38,908 nt of DNA, from positions 1 through 38,908 of the forward strand of contig NW_024055489.1 of NCBI RefSeq assembly GCF_902713615.1, read 5' to 3'. The DNA is from Scyliorhinus canicula. Lineage: Eukaryota. Within the stretch, counting starts at the first letter, position 1. The number at the start of each line of letters is the position of its first letter. Under the pieces are notes generated by a model. It did no database searches and was not told the origin of the DNA. It was given only the letters and a program-made list of their open reading frames with translations. A program made the translations under genes and the position numbers. Of the stretch, positions 24,876 through 36,109 are shown one piece after another.

Positions 24876-25029
24876 ATCTAATTAACAGAGGTGTCCCTCC
24901 GCATATTCCCAGTTTCCTGTCCTTCTGAAACGTCACGCACCCTTGAATATTCAGGTCGCAGCCTTTGTCATCTTGCAGCCGTGTCTCTGTAATGACTATC
25001 AGATCACAGTACCTGGAGTACGGTGCACA

Positions 25030-25530
25030 CTTTCAATCTCCTTCACTAAGGAGGGTGATTCTTGCATTGGGAGCAGTTCAGAGAAGGATCACCGGGCTGA
25101 TTCCTGGGATGAAGGTGCTGTGTTGTGAGGAAAGGTTGGGCCTGGACTCATTGGCGTTTAGAGGTGATCATATTGAAACATAAGATTCTGAGTTAACATG
25201 ATGGGGAGATGAAGAGAGGATGTTTCCCCTCATGGGGGATTCAGGAGCGAGTGGGCAGATTGTCAAAATAAAGGGTCCCCATTTCTGATGGAGATGAGGA
25301 GAAATGTCTTCCCTCAGAGGGGGGTTAGTCATTGCAATTCTCTTCCCCAGAGAGCAGTGGAGGCTGCATTGTTAAATATATACAAGGCCCAGTTAGAGTT
25401 TTGATCAAAAAGGGAGTCGAGGTTATGGTGATAGGAAGAAAATGAATTCAGGTCACAATCCGATCAGCCATGATCTTATTAAATAGAAAAGCAGGTTTGA
25501 TGGGCTGAATGGTCTACTCTTATTCTGGGA
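25030..25530 (+). mobile_element. CR1 3' end
   Basis: ALGAVQRRITGLIPGMKVLCCEERL-like text; tail gggctgaatggtctactctt. Confidence 0.8.
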
Positions 25531-25744
25531 TATAAGATCTTTGGTGAGAACAGGAAACTGAGTGTCGATCTGTCGATCAGCGGGAATTAGCACTTCTGGA
25601 GAATAGGGAGTGTGTACCTTAGATACAGCAGAGTGAGAATGGAGGAGAGAGAGAGATAGAGTGTGTGAGACAGTAACTAGAATTGTCTGTTCTGAATTTC
25701 TGAGCTGTACTGACAGTGATGATATTTGTAAACTCCTTTAACAG

Positions 25745-26940
25745 GATATTCAAAGGGGAGGATTTGCAGCAAGAAATCTCAAACCAAACTTCACATCAAG
25801 ATCTGACACAGTCGGCCATTTTACCATCAGTGTGACTGGAAAAGCACCGAGACTCCCGCACCAGGGGGAAACTGTGAGGATTGTGGGAAGGGATTCACCC
25901 CATCTGAGCTGGAAACTCATCGACTACTCACACAAGAGACCGTTCACCTGCTCTCAGTGTGGGAAAGGATTTACTGCTTCATCCAATCTGCTGACACACC
26001 AGTGAGGTCACCCGGTTCACCTGCTCCGTGAGGGAACGGGTTTACTACTTCATCCAGTCTACGCAAACACCAGCAAGTTCACACTGGGGAGAGATTTGTC
26101 CTTTCATTCATTCTGCTTACACACTGGCAACTTCACACTGAGATGCCGTTTATCTGCTCCGTGTGGGAAGGGATTCGGAGATTCATCCAAACTGCTCACA
26201 CATTCACGAATTCACACTGGGAGAGGCCGTTCACCTGTTCTGATTGTGGGAAGGGATTCGCTCAGTTATGCAGCCTGCTGAGGCACCAGCGAATTCACAC
26301 TCGGAGATGCCGTTTATCTGCTGTGTGTGTGGAAAGGGATTTGGAGATTCATCCAACCTGCACACACACTCCCGAGTTCACACTGGGGAGAGGCCATACC
26401 TGTTCTGACTGTGGGAAGGGATTCACTCAGTTGTCCAGCCTGCTGAGACACCAGCGAGTTCATTCTGGGGAGAGACCATTCACCTGCTCCGTGTGTCGGA
26501 AGGGATTTGGAGATCCATCCAGCCTGAGCAGACACCAGCGAATTCACACTGGGGAGAAGCCGTTTACTTGCTCAGTTTGTGGAAACAGATTTGTTGATTC
26601 AATCCACCTGCAGAGACACCAGCGGGTTCACACTGGGGAGAAGCCGTTCACCTGCTCAGTGTGTGGGAAAGGATTCACTCAGTTAACCAACCTGCAGACA
26701 CACCAGCGAGTACACACTGGGGAGAGGCCGTTCACCTGCTCTGTGTGTGGGAAGAAATTTGTTAATTCATCCAACTTGTTAACACACCAGCGACTTCACA
26801 CTGATGAGAAGCCGTTTATCTGCTCCGTGTGTGGGAAAGGATTCAGAAGTACAGCCCACTTGCAGAAACACCAGCGAGTTCACAAGTCATTACAGGGGTT
26901 GGATTCTGCTGTTGCTGCTGTTAATCACATCCAGGACTGA
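25745..26940 (+). pseudogene. C2H2 ZNF gene I: degenerate 5' part and six consecutive intact C-terminal fingers (about 26398-26886)
   Basis: Acceptor AG at 25743-25744 after the conserved intron module. The MEKPWKC start is deleted and there are frameshifts before about 26400. The rest reads [21 protein letters not shown]...CSVCGKGFRSTAHLQKHQRVHKSLQGLDSAVAAVNHIQD*. Confidence 0.8.
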
Positions 26941-27386
26941 CCCACGTTCATTCTGACAGTGGTGAAGTGGGAGGGTCGGGGGAGGTTTCTTTCGTTGCAC
27001 TGGCCAGTGTCCCAATTTTAATTTCTGTCGGCTGAATCTCTGAGCGAGGGCACATTTCCACTGAATGATCCACAGAAGCAGATGAAATACATTAATTTTA
27101 TCCTGGACAGTTCTGATGAATGTAGGAAATTATTATACATACAATTTTATATATATTGCAGTAATATTTTTGAAAATGCATATTTACAGTATCACTGTAC
27201 TCTGCGTCACCCAATATCTATGTCTATGCATTTACATTGTGTATTTATCGTATGTCCTATGTTATTTCACGCATGGAACGATCTGCCTGGATTGTATGCA
27301 GAATAATACTTTTCACTGTATCTCTGCACGTGACAATAAATCTAACATACAGGCAGATGGTATGTTTGCAAAAGATGCAATTAAAA

Positions 27387-27939
27387 TGTTGTAAAAATGG
27401 GATAATCATTGAATCTAACCATTTAATTGTTTCTCTAAATTGGGCGAATAAATCTAGTTTATAGAAAGGTTCACCGGGGTTTAAGTAATTGAGGAATTGT
27501 GTTTAGCCTTATTAAAATGGCAATAAGACAGTTAGTGGGGTAGCGAAATGTAACTAATGAGTCAAAGACGGAAACCTGAAAGGTGTCTCACTTTTACTGA
27601 AAGCAACTCTACATAGAGGACAGCAAGGATCCCTGTGTTTGCTAACTTTATTTCCAAGTGGCTTTTGACCAGTAATAGCCTTTGATTAATTGGAGAATAA
27701 AAGGTCTAAGGTAGTAATTAAGAATAGTTTAACTGTTAATTGCAGCTATTCTCTGTGATGTTAGTTTAGTTGGTATTGTGTTACTAATAAAGTTTGTTTT
27801 AATATAAAAGATCGCTGTTAGTCAGTGGAATCACTCCGGGAGTGAAGTATCTTTTCCTCACAGTTTTATAAATTAAAAAACATTGGGGTCTCATCCGGAT
27901 TCCTAATATAAATTGGGGTCTGAGCCGGTATCAGTAACA
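27387..27939 (+). mobile_element. Candidate solo LTR
   Basis: Starts TGT, ends TAACA, internal AATAAA at about 27786, about 550 nt. No TSD found. Confidence 0.45.
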
Positions 27940-27944
27940 CAGTA

Positions 27945-28835
27945 AATAAATGATGCAAGGGTGAACTGAGAGGAGGATACAGAGATGCTTCAGCAGGATT
28001 TGGACAGGCTGAGTGAGTGGGTATATACATGGTAGGTGCAGTATAGTGTGGATAAATGTGAGGTTTCAGCTTTGGTAGCAAAAACAGGAAAGCAAATTAT
28101 TTGTTGAATGGGTGTAAATTGGGAGAGGTGGATACTCAGCGAGACTTTGGTGTCCTCATGTATCAAACGCTGAAAGTAAGTGCTCAGGTACAGCAGGCAG
28201 TAAAGAAGGCAAATGGTATGTTGGCCTTCATAGCGAGAGGATTTGAGGATAGGATGTTTTACTGTGATTGTACAGGGCATTGGTTAGGCAAAACCTGATG
28301 TATTGCGTGCAGATTTGGTGTCCTTATCTGAGGAAGGAGGTTCTTCCTATGGAGGGAGTGCAGCAAAGGTTTACCAGGCTGATTCCTGGGATAGTGGGAC
28401 TGTCATATGAGGAGAGACTAAGTATGGTTAGGATAATATTAATTGGAGTTTAGAAGAGTGAGAGGGGATCTCATAGAATCGTATTCCAACAGGATTAGAC
28501 AGGGTAGATTCAGAAAGAATGTTCCCGGTGGTGGGGGAGTCCAGAACTAGGGGTTACAGTTTGGGGATAAGGGGTAAACCTTTTAGAACCGAGGTGAGGG
28601 GAAATTTCTTCACCAGAGAGTAGTGAATATGTGGAATTCACTCCCACGAAAAGTAGTTGAGGCCAAAACGCTGTTTAATTTCACGAAGGAATTAGATTTA
28701 GTTCTAAAGGGATCCGGGGGTAGTGGAGGCAGGATCAGGGTATTGAATTTGATGATTACCATGATCAGAATGAATGGTGGAGCAGGCTCGAAGGGCCGAT
28801 GGCCTCCTCCTGCTTCTATTTTCTATGTATATTTG
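27945..28835 (+). mobile_element. CR1 LINE RT C-terminus and 3' end
   Basis: KVSAQVQQAVKKANGMLAFIARG; YRALVRQNLMYCVQIWCPYLRK...VQQRFTRLIPG...SYEERL; tail gggccgatggcctcctcctgcttctattttctatg. Confidence 0.93.
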
Positions 28836-30176
28836 AAGTAAATAGTCTTTTTCTTACCACTACAGGTGTCTTGTCTTTCATTTGTCCTCATTCCAGAGGT
28901 TGGCCGCGCTCTGAACAATCTTTCTCCACTGACATTTAATTAGTTAATTTAATTAATATCTATTTGAATTTGGTGGACTTTTCATTGTTAGATTGATGCC
29001 CTTAAGGGAAAGTGAGTGAGAGGGGTTGACAGGCTCTTTAACAGAAAGCCAGTCCCTCTAAGGCCATTGGCAAAGGAGCCAGAGAGGGAGAAGAGATTTC
29101 ATTTTTCACAGTGAGTTGTTCTGATCTGCCTGAAAGCAGATTCAATAGTATCTTTCCAAAGCGTAAGTACTTGAAAGGGAAGAATTTACAGGGCTGTGGG
29201 GGAAGAGCTGAGCAGTTGGATGAATCAGAGTCCTTTCAAAGAGATAACAGGGGAATGATGGACCAAACGGATTCCTCCTGCAGCCTGTGAATTTGAGCCT
29301 CTTTTTGTGCAGGTTAAAAGGGACACATTTCATTTCAGCCCCTTCCCTGTTTATGTATTTAAAGAGAAGATATAACAATGTTTTCCTCTGTGTATTTTAA
29401 ACATTGAAGTCTTGCACGACCGAATATAGTCAACAGCCTTCCTGTAGCCCTCTCTGGACACAGCAAGAAAGCGTTTGACTGCTTAACAATAGCAGGTTCC
29501 ACTGAATATGATCTAACCACAACAACAAAACTTTGCATTCGTATAGCACCTTTAAACTTCCCCGAGAGCTTCACAAATGTGAATACCAAAGAGAATTTGA
29601 CACTGAACCACATAGAGATATTAGTTCAGATGACCAGTCACTTGGTCAGAGGTAGGTTTTAAGAAATGTCCTAAAGAAGCAAAAGAGATCGAGGGGCAGA
29701 GGTTTAAAACAGTCGTTAATTTAATGGCAGTCAATGTAGATCAAGGAGTGCAGGGGGTGATCGGTGAATGGGACTCAGTGTGAGCTGGGCAGGGACAGCA
29801 GAGTTTCTCTATTAAAGAAAACTGGGACAGTTTTGAAAACTGGGTCTGTCCTTTTCCCATCACACTGCTTAGGTCTAAAGTCCAGCTGACATCACGGAGT
29901 TCCATTGGGATTGTGGAATCCACTGATGTCATAAAATGACATCAGCCTCTTTGTGATTCCATAATCAGCTGACACCAGACTGGGAGTGTGGGATTAGCTG
30001 ATGGCAGCACATTCCTTCGTCATTGCACAGTGAGCAGAAATGATTCATTTTTAAAATTAATACATAGAATTTGTACTACATGTATACAAGGGAGTTTAGT
30101 AAGTCTGAGTCTGAGTGGGAGATGGAGCGGAAGGAAGTCTGAGCAGCTGGGAAAAGAACAAAAAAAAGGCTGATTG

Positions 30177-30998
30177 GATCTCCAGAGGCGGGAATCCAGC
30201 AGTGAGAGATCCAGAGGTGGGGAATCCAGAGGTGGGAATCCAGCAGTGAGAGATCCAGAGGCGGGAATCCAGCAGTGAGAGATCCAGAGGCGGGAATCCA
30301 GCAGTGAGAGATCCAGAGGTGGAGAATCCAGCAGTGAGAGATCCAGAGGTGGAAATCCAGGCGGGGGAAACCAGCAGCGAGAGATCCCGAGGCGGGAATC
30401 CAGCAGTGAGAGATCCAGAGGTGGAGAATCCAGCAGTGAGATCCAGAGGTGGGGAATCCAGCATAGAAAGATCCAGAGATGGGGAATCTAGCCATGAGAG
30501 ATCCAGAGGTAAGGAATCCAGCAGTGAGAGATCCAGAGGTGGGGAATCCAGAGGCGGGGGAAACCAGGAGTGAGAGATCCAGAGGCGGGAATCCAGCAGT
30601 GAGAGATCCAGAGGTGAGGAATCCAGCAGAGAGGTCCAGAGGTGGGGAATCCAGCAGAGAGATCCAGAGGCGGGGTATCCAGCAGTGAGAGATCCAGAGG
30701 CAGGGTATCCAGCAGTGAGAGATCCAGAGGGGGGTATCCAGCAGTGAGAGATCCAGAGGCAGGGTATCCAGCAGTGAGAGATCCAGAGGTAGGGTATCCA
30801 GCAGTGAGAGATCCAGAGGTAGGGTATCCAGCAGTGAGAGATCCAGAGGCGGGGTATCCAGCAGTGAGAGATCCAGAGGCAGGGTATCCAGCAGTGGGAG
30901 ATCCAGAGGTAGGGTATCCAGAAGTGAGAGATCCAGAGGCAGGGAATCCAGCAGTGGGAGATCCAGAGGGGGGAATCCAGCATCGAGAGATCCAGAGG
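30177..30998. repeat. Minisatellite, about 28 units of mostly 29-30 nt (ggNgggaatccagcagtgagagatccaga)
   Basis: Directly visible. The proximal part has irregular gaatcc units; the distal part (about 30660-30950) has regular 30-nt gtatcc units. Confidence 0.95.
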
Positions 30999-31016
30999 CT
31001 GTGACTCTTTTTTTAA

Positions 31017-31775
31017 ATGATGTGGAGATGCCGACGTTGGACTGGGGTGAGCACAGTAAGAAGTCTGACACCAGTTTAAGTTCAACAGGTTTGTTTCAAA
31101 CACGAGCTTTCAGAGCACTGCTCCTTCCTCAGGTGAATTAAGAGGTTTGTTCCAGAAACATATATAGAGACAAATTCAGAGATGCCAGACAATGCTTGGA
31201 ACGCGAGCATTAGCGGGTAATCAAATTATTACAGATCCAGAGATAGGGGTAACCCCAGGTTAAAGAGGTGTGAATTGTCTCAAGGCAGGACAGTTGGTAG
31301 GATTTTGCAAGTCCAGGCCAGATGGTGGCGGGGTGAATGTAATGCGACATGAATCCAAGATCCCAGTCGAGGCTGCACTCGTGGATGTGGAACTTAGCTG
31401 TAAGTTTTTGCTCGGCAATTCTGCATTGTCGCATGTCCTTAAGAACACCTTGGAGAACGCTTACCCGGAGATCAGAGGCTGAATGCCCTTGACTGTTGAA
31501 GTGTTCCCCGACTGGAAGGGAACATTCCTGCCTGGTGATTGTCGCACGATGCCAATTTATTCCTTGTCGCAGTGTCTGCATGGTCTCGCCAATGTACCAC
31601 GCTTCGGGACATCCTTTCCTGCAGCGTAAGAGGTAGACTACATTGGTCGAGTCGCAGGAGTATGTGCCGCGTACCTGGTGCATGGTGTTTCCACCTGATG
31701 GATGGTGGTGTCCATGCCGATGATCTGGCATGTCTAGCAGAGATTACCCTGGCAGGGCAAACCATTGTTTGCAGC
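31017..31775 (-). mobile_element. Penelope-like retroelement 3' end with GIY-YIG endonuclease domain (degenerate)
   Basis: HQVRGTYSCDSTNVVYLLRCRKGCPEAWYIGETMQTLRQ...LPVGEHFNSQGH...IAEQKL matches the VY...C..C...YIGET GIY-YIG pattern of PLEs, followed by a typical terminal repeat. Confidence 0.9.
31101..31135 (-). ncRNA. Minimal type I hammerhead ribozyme motif in the Penelope-like terminal repeat
   Basis: The minus strand reads CAC-CUGAGGA-A-GGAGC-AGU-GCUCU-GAAA-GC-UC-GUG: catalytic cores CUGANGA and GAAA, helix II GGAGC/GCUCU, palindromic helix III AGCU, helix I CAC/GUG. Predicted cleavage after C31104. Confidence 0.75.
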
Positions 31776-31779
31776 AAAT

Positions 31780-31908
31780 TACCCAGCCTTCAGAACAACG
31801 ACCACGACACCACAAAACTCTGCCATGGCAATCTCGGCAAGACATGCCAGATCATCGACATGGGTACCACCATTACACGTGGTAACACCACCCACCAGGT
31901 ACGCGGCA
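31780..31908 (+). mobile_element. Second Penelope-like fragment in opposite orientation
   Basis: LCHGNLGKTCQIIDMGTTITRGNTTHQVRG is homologous to the segment at 31665-31758 on the minus strand. Confidence 0.8.
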
Positions 31909-32014
31909 TTGTCATGGCGTCAACGGCATGACATCAAGGCCGCGCGCCGAGAAGAACGGAGCTCCGCTCCTAGCCCCCTGGGTGGGGTGAATTAGGTGCG
32001 GGGAGCGGGCTCCT

Positions 32015-32051
32015 AGGCCGTCGTGAAAGTCGGCCGATTTCACGACGGCCT
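32015..32051. repeat. Near-perfect 37-nt palindrome
   Basis: aggccgtcgtgaaa-g-tcggccga-tttcacgacggcct: 14-bp perfect arms around a palindromic core. Confidence 0.9.
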
Positions 32052-33659
32052 TCGCTCTCTAACTGTGCTGAACCAACATTTTATTCAGTTCCATCATAAC
32101 CTCCCTGCTCTGAAATTCTATGCCTCGCCTAATAAAGGCAAGTTTACTTTACCATCGAACTGAAAACGCCCAGACTTCTTGTCGAGATTGTGAAGGCAGC
32201 CAATTCTCAAATTCAGCCAGGAACACATTCCCCACTCCCCTCAAGGGATGTGGTGTGCCGGCATACTCTGTCCAGCCCCAACTCTGAGTCAGTCAGAATA
32301 ATCAACACACCGTGCAACAGGATTTCCTATTGAGATGAGCCCTCACTGGGTAGTTTGCTCCTTCGAGCAAACGGATTCTCATCTCCGATTCCACTGTTCT
32401 CGCAAGGATGTTTCGCAGTTCATCAAAGTGAGCACCAGCAAGCTACACCACGGAGCAGAGACTATCGGCCACAACATCCTTCCTAATGGCAGCCACCATC
32501 ACAATGTCAACATCACAGCCGAGTTGTAGGCCTGCTCACCAGCAAAACCACCACTGCAGGCTGGGCCCACCCCCACCACTGAATCCTCAACTCAGATTCT
32601 CATCGCTAAAGTCTAGCCAGGATCTTCCAGGGACATAGTGCAAGACACGTGCTTCAAAAGGAAGTAATTATGTAATGTCCATCCAGATTAAAAACAAGGA
32701 TTAAAAGATGAGAAGCGCCAGAGCTTGAGAAAATGCAGCCGCTTCCTGTGCTCACATGTCCACCCCCTTCCTTGTTTTGCAGTTCGATGAGGGTCAGAGT
32801 TCTAACTGCCCCCAGGGGGTTGAAGGTAAGATGGTGGACAGTGCAGGCTGCGTGCCTGGAGCTGTTCCCCGGTGATCCCGGAGAGACGGCCCGCGTTCAA
32901 TTCCACAGGACATATTACACGTGCTACCAGCTTGGGAAAGCCTTCCACCATTCCTCCGCAATGTTGAATAAGGGATCATTTTCCCAGGGCTGGAAGCTCG
33001 AGGCATTCAGTTGTAATCAGGGTTCCTTTTATTCTTCGAGACACTGGTTTCATGTTCAAACCTTTGCTTCAGAACAGTTAATGTGAGGCCATTGGCACCA
33101 TTATTGAGGGTAGCCATGATGTTTGAAACAAACCTGTTGGATTGTAACCTGGTGTTGTAAGACTTCTTACCATTATTGAAGATTAGGATTTGCAACCAGA
33201 TGGCTTTGTTGGTAACTGGTTGGGGCAGACAGACCCACCGTCTGCTGGGCCACTGTGTGGCTTAGCTGGAATGTTCATGTGATACAAGATGTGTTACATT
33301 CCAGGATATCTGGGGTGTTAGCCTTTGTTCACTTTGAAACTCCTCAGAAACTTCCAGAACCCAGCATGTGACCTGCTGGAACCAACCTGTCAGCTCAGCA
33401 ATTGCACCTTCCGAAAATCATTAATAAAAATACTTATATAGTAGCCCAGCTGACATATTTTCATCTTCCGTCTTGATGGTGACGTACTTTTCATTAAAGT
33501 TTAAGAAAATCTTTTTAACTTGTTACTTTCCTACCTCTGAACAGCTAATGAATCCTATGAATTGACCGTTTGAAGTGTCCATTCTGGCTGGATGGTTAAG
33601 GCTTGTGAAACTTGATTCATTTTGCAATGGTAATTTCTTGTACCCCATAAATCAACCTG

Positions 33660-34250
33660 TCATTTGTGAATTTGCTGGTGTTTCTTGAGTGTGGATGACT
33701 GAGTGAATCCCTTCCCACAGTCAGAGCAGATGAATGGTCTCTCTCCGGTGTGAAGTCGCTGGTGTGACAGCAGGGTGGACGAACGACTGAATCCCTTCCC
33801 ACAGTCAGAGCAAGTGAACGGCCTTTCCCCAGTGTGAATTCGCTGGTGCTTTTGCAGGTTGGATGAATCACTGAATCCCTTCTCACACTGAGAGCAGGTG
33901 AATGGCCTCTCCCCGGTGTGAATTCGCTGGTGTTTCCGCAGGGCCGATGACTGATTAAATCCCTTTTCACACACTGAGCAGAGGAACGGCCTCTCCCCAG
34001 TGTGAACACGCTCATGTTTCAGCAGGGTAGATGAATCAGCGAATCTCTTGCCACAATCGGAGCAGGTGAACGGCCTCTCCCCTGTGTGAACTCGGAGATG
34101 TCTCCGCAGCGTAGATGATTCAGTGAATGCCTGCCCACAATCAGGGCAGGTGAATGGCTTCTCCCCGGTATGGCGACGCCGATGGATTTCCAGCTGGGAT
34201 GGGCAAATAAATCCCCTCTCACATTCTCCACATTTCCACGGTTTCGCCAT
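33660..34250 (-). CDS. Intact fingers-only C2H2 zinc-finger protein J, 196 aa, 7 fingers
   Basis: ATG at 34250 ([14 protein letters not shown], the family start motif); seven C-x2-C-x12-H-x3-H units joined by TGE(K/R)PF; stop after HK at 33660. The upstream leader is cut by the gap. Confidence 0.82.
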   Translation of the reverse strand: MAKPWKCGECERGFICPSQLEIHRRRHTGEKPFTCPDCGQAFTESSTLRRHLRVHTGERPFTCSDCGKRFADSSTLLKHERVHTGERPFLCSVCEKGFNQSSALRKHQRIHTGERPFTCSQCEKGFSDSSNLQKHQRIHTGERPFTCSDCGKGFSRSSTLLSHQRLHTGERPFICSDCGKGFTQSSTLKKHQQIHK

Positions 34251-34355
34251 GATCCAGATGTCACTGCCTCTGTCCAAGTTGAAAGATGATTCGTCCACAA
34301 ACACAGAACACAGTATGATCCCTCCCGCTTTGTGAGTGGCGCAATGTCTTTTCAG

Positions 34356-34455
34356 NNNNNNNNNNNNNNNNNNNNNNNNNNNNNNNNNNNNNNNNNNNNN
34401 NNNNNNNNNNNNNNNNNNNNNNNNNNNNNNNNNNNNNNNNNNNNNNNNNNNNNNN
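34356..34455. other. Assembly gap (exactly 100 N; true size unknown)
   Basis: 100 consecutive N, the usual placeholder for a scaffold join. Confidence 0.99.
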
Positions 34456-34991
34456 TGAGCCGGAAAAAAATGCAAAGTCGAGGGAAAGTGCTGAGAGCCG
34501 TGGAAAAGAGCCGAGAACTGCTAGAAAGTGATGGGAGCAGGCGAATGGTGCAGAGATCCAGCGGGAACTGCAGAGAAATGGTGGGGAACGCTCAGAGAGC
34601 ACGGGGCGCGGCGGCGGGGGGGGGGGGGGGGGGATTGCAGACAGCCCGTCTCAGTGACAGGCGGAGTGTGGAGTTAGCAGCACAATCAGCACAGCCAGAA
34701 TCTATTGAATGGGGTAGTAGGCTCGACGGGCAGAATGGCCGACTCCCGCTGTTCATGTTCATGATCCTAAAATTACAGAATGTTGCGCTTACTCAAATTT
34801 AGAGTTTTGTTGTGATTATATTAATGTGCGTTCCGATGGTATTTTCAAGCAAAGTCACTATTCTCTGGTTTGGGGAGTGGGGGTACTGAGGTGGAGAGAG
34901 GCGGGGGCATCAGTCAGTTTGAACAAAGGGAATTTCCCAAAACTGCAAAGATACAAATGAAGAGACAACTTCTTTATCACAAAGTGCTGGT

Positions 34992-35308
34992 GATTGTGAC
35001 GTACACAGGTCAGCTAGCTGGATTGTGATGTACTCAGCTCAGTTAGCTGGATTGTGACGTACACAGCTCAGTTAGATGGATTGTGACGTACACAGCCCAG
35101 TTAGCTGGATTGTGACGTACACAGCTCAGTTAGCTGGATTGTGACGTGCACAGCCCAGTTAGCTGGATTATGACGTGCACAGCTCAGTTAGCTGGATTGT
35201 GACGTACACAGCTCAGTTAGCTGGATTGTGACGTACACAGCTCAGTCAGCTGGTTTGTGACGTACACAGCTCAGTTAGCTGGATTGTGACGTACACAGCT
35301 CAGTTAGC
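34992..35308. repeat. Tandem array of 11 x 29 nt (gattgtgacgtacacagctcagttagctg) in the intron upstream of Cmu1
   Basis: Units counted at 34992, 35021, 35050, 35079, 35108, 35137, 35166, 35195, 35224, 35253 and 35282; 18 AGCT and 10 TGACGT motifs. Confidence 0.97.
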
Positions 35309-35500
35309 GGACGGCTGGTTCGTGATGAAGATCAATCTCAGCAGCGCGGGTTCAATTGCTGCACCGGCTGAGGTTATTCATAAAGACCCCCATTCTCAAC
35401 CTTGCCCCTGGCCTGAGGTGTGGTGACCCTCAGGTTAAATCACCATCAGCCAGCTCTCAGAAGGAGAGAGCAGTCTCCGGGACTATGGCCTCATTCACAT
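35297..35500 (+). mobile_element. tRNA-derived SINE whose head overlaps the last array unit
   Basis: agctcagttagcggacggctgg (A-box-like)...gggttcaatt (B-box)...ctcaaccttgcccctggcctgaggtgtggtgaccctcaggttaaatcaccatcag. Confidence 0.7.
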
Positions 35501-35811
35501 TTTATATTACATGGTGGCTGAAATAATGGGGAAAACGCTCTGCTCCTCTCTTTCAATCCAGTGAAAGTTACACCATTCAGATTACATCAAAATGTGTTTC
35601 TTTCGATAGAGGTGGAGAAAGAAATGTGGGTTTCTAAAGAGGGGGCAAAAAGTAGGTGAATCCCAACGATAGACCTGAGTGAAGATTCAATGTGGATGTA
35701 TGATTAAATCGGTAAATGTTAGGATAGTACTAGTCAAATTATGAAATGCTTGGTTACTTATAAATCACGAATACCAGAGTCTAACATGTTGGATCGGCCA
35801 TTCTCTCCCAG

Positions 35812-36109
35812 CGACACCGTCTCCGCCCACTCTCTACAGCCTGGTCTCCTCCTGCCAGCAACACAACACCGACGGCTCCCTAACCGTTGGCTGTTTGGCG
35901 ATGGACTACTCCCCAGAAATCACCAGTCTTACCTGGAAGAAAGATGGGCAGATGATCACCAACGGAGTTAAGAAATACCCGTCAGTGAGAAACAAGAAGG
36001 GAACCTACACCCTGAGCAGCCAGTTAACCATCACCGAGTCAGAGGGGGGATGCAGCAAAATCAGCTGTGAGGTTCGACACAGCGGCTCAGACAAGTATTG
36101 AAATGCCAT
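35812..36109 (+). pseudogene. IGHM: IgM Cmu1 exon (locus 2) with a 2-nt deletion and premature stop
   Basis: Acceptor AG at 35810-35811. Encodes (A)[43 protein letters not shown]...[13 protein letters not shown]. The exon is 298 nt to the donor T|GTAAGT (36110), whereas a phase 1-1 exon needs 300; TGA at 36099-36101. Confidence 0.9.

Noticed and set aside
30177-30998. CRISPR-like appearance of the tandem arrays (also 1731-2540 and 34992-35308)
   Set aside because: Eukaryotic context, no unique spacers, no cas genes.
30076-31103. Two ORFs of more than 330 aa on the minus strand
   Set aside because: They arise because the minisatellite lacks stops on that strand; the peptide periodicity mirrors the 29-30-nt unit.
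34456-34802. ORF running across and after the gap
   Set aside because: Artefact of translating Ns plus purine-rich repeat-like sequence; no recognisable domain.
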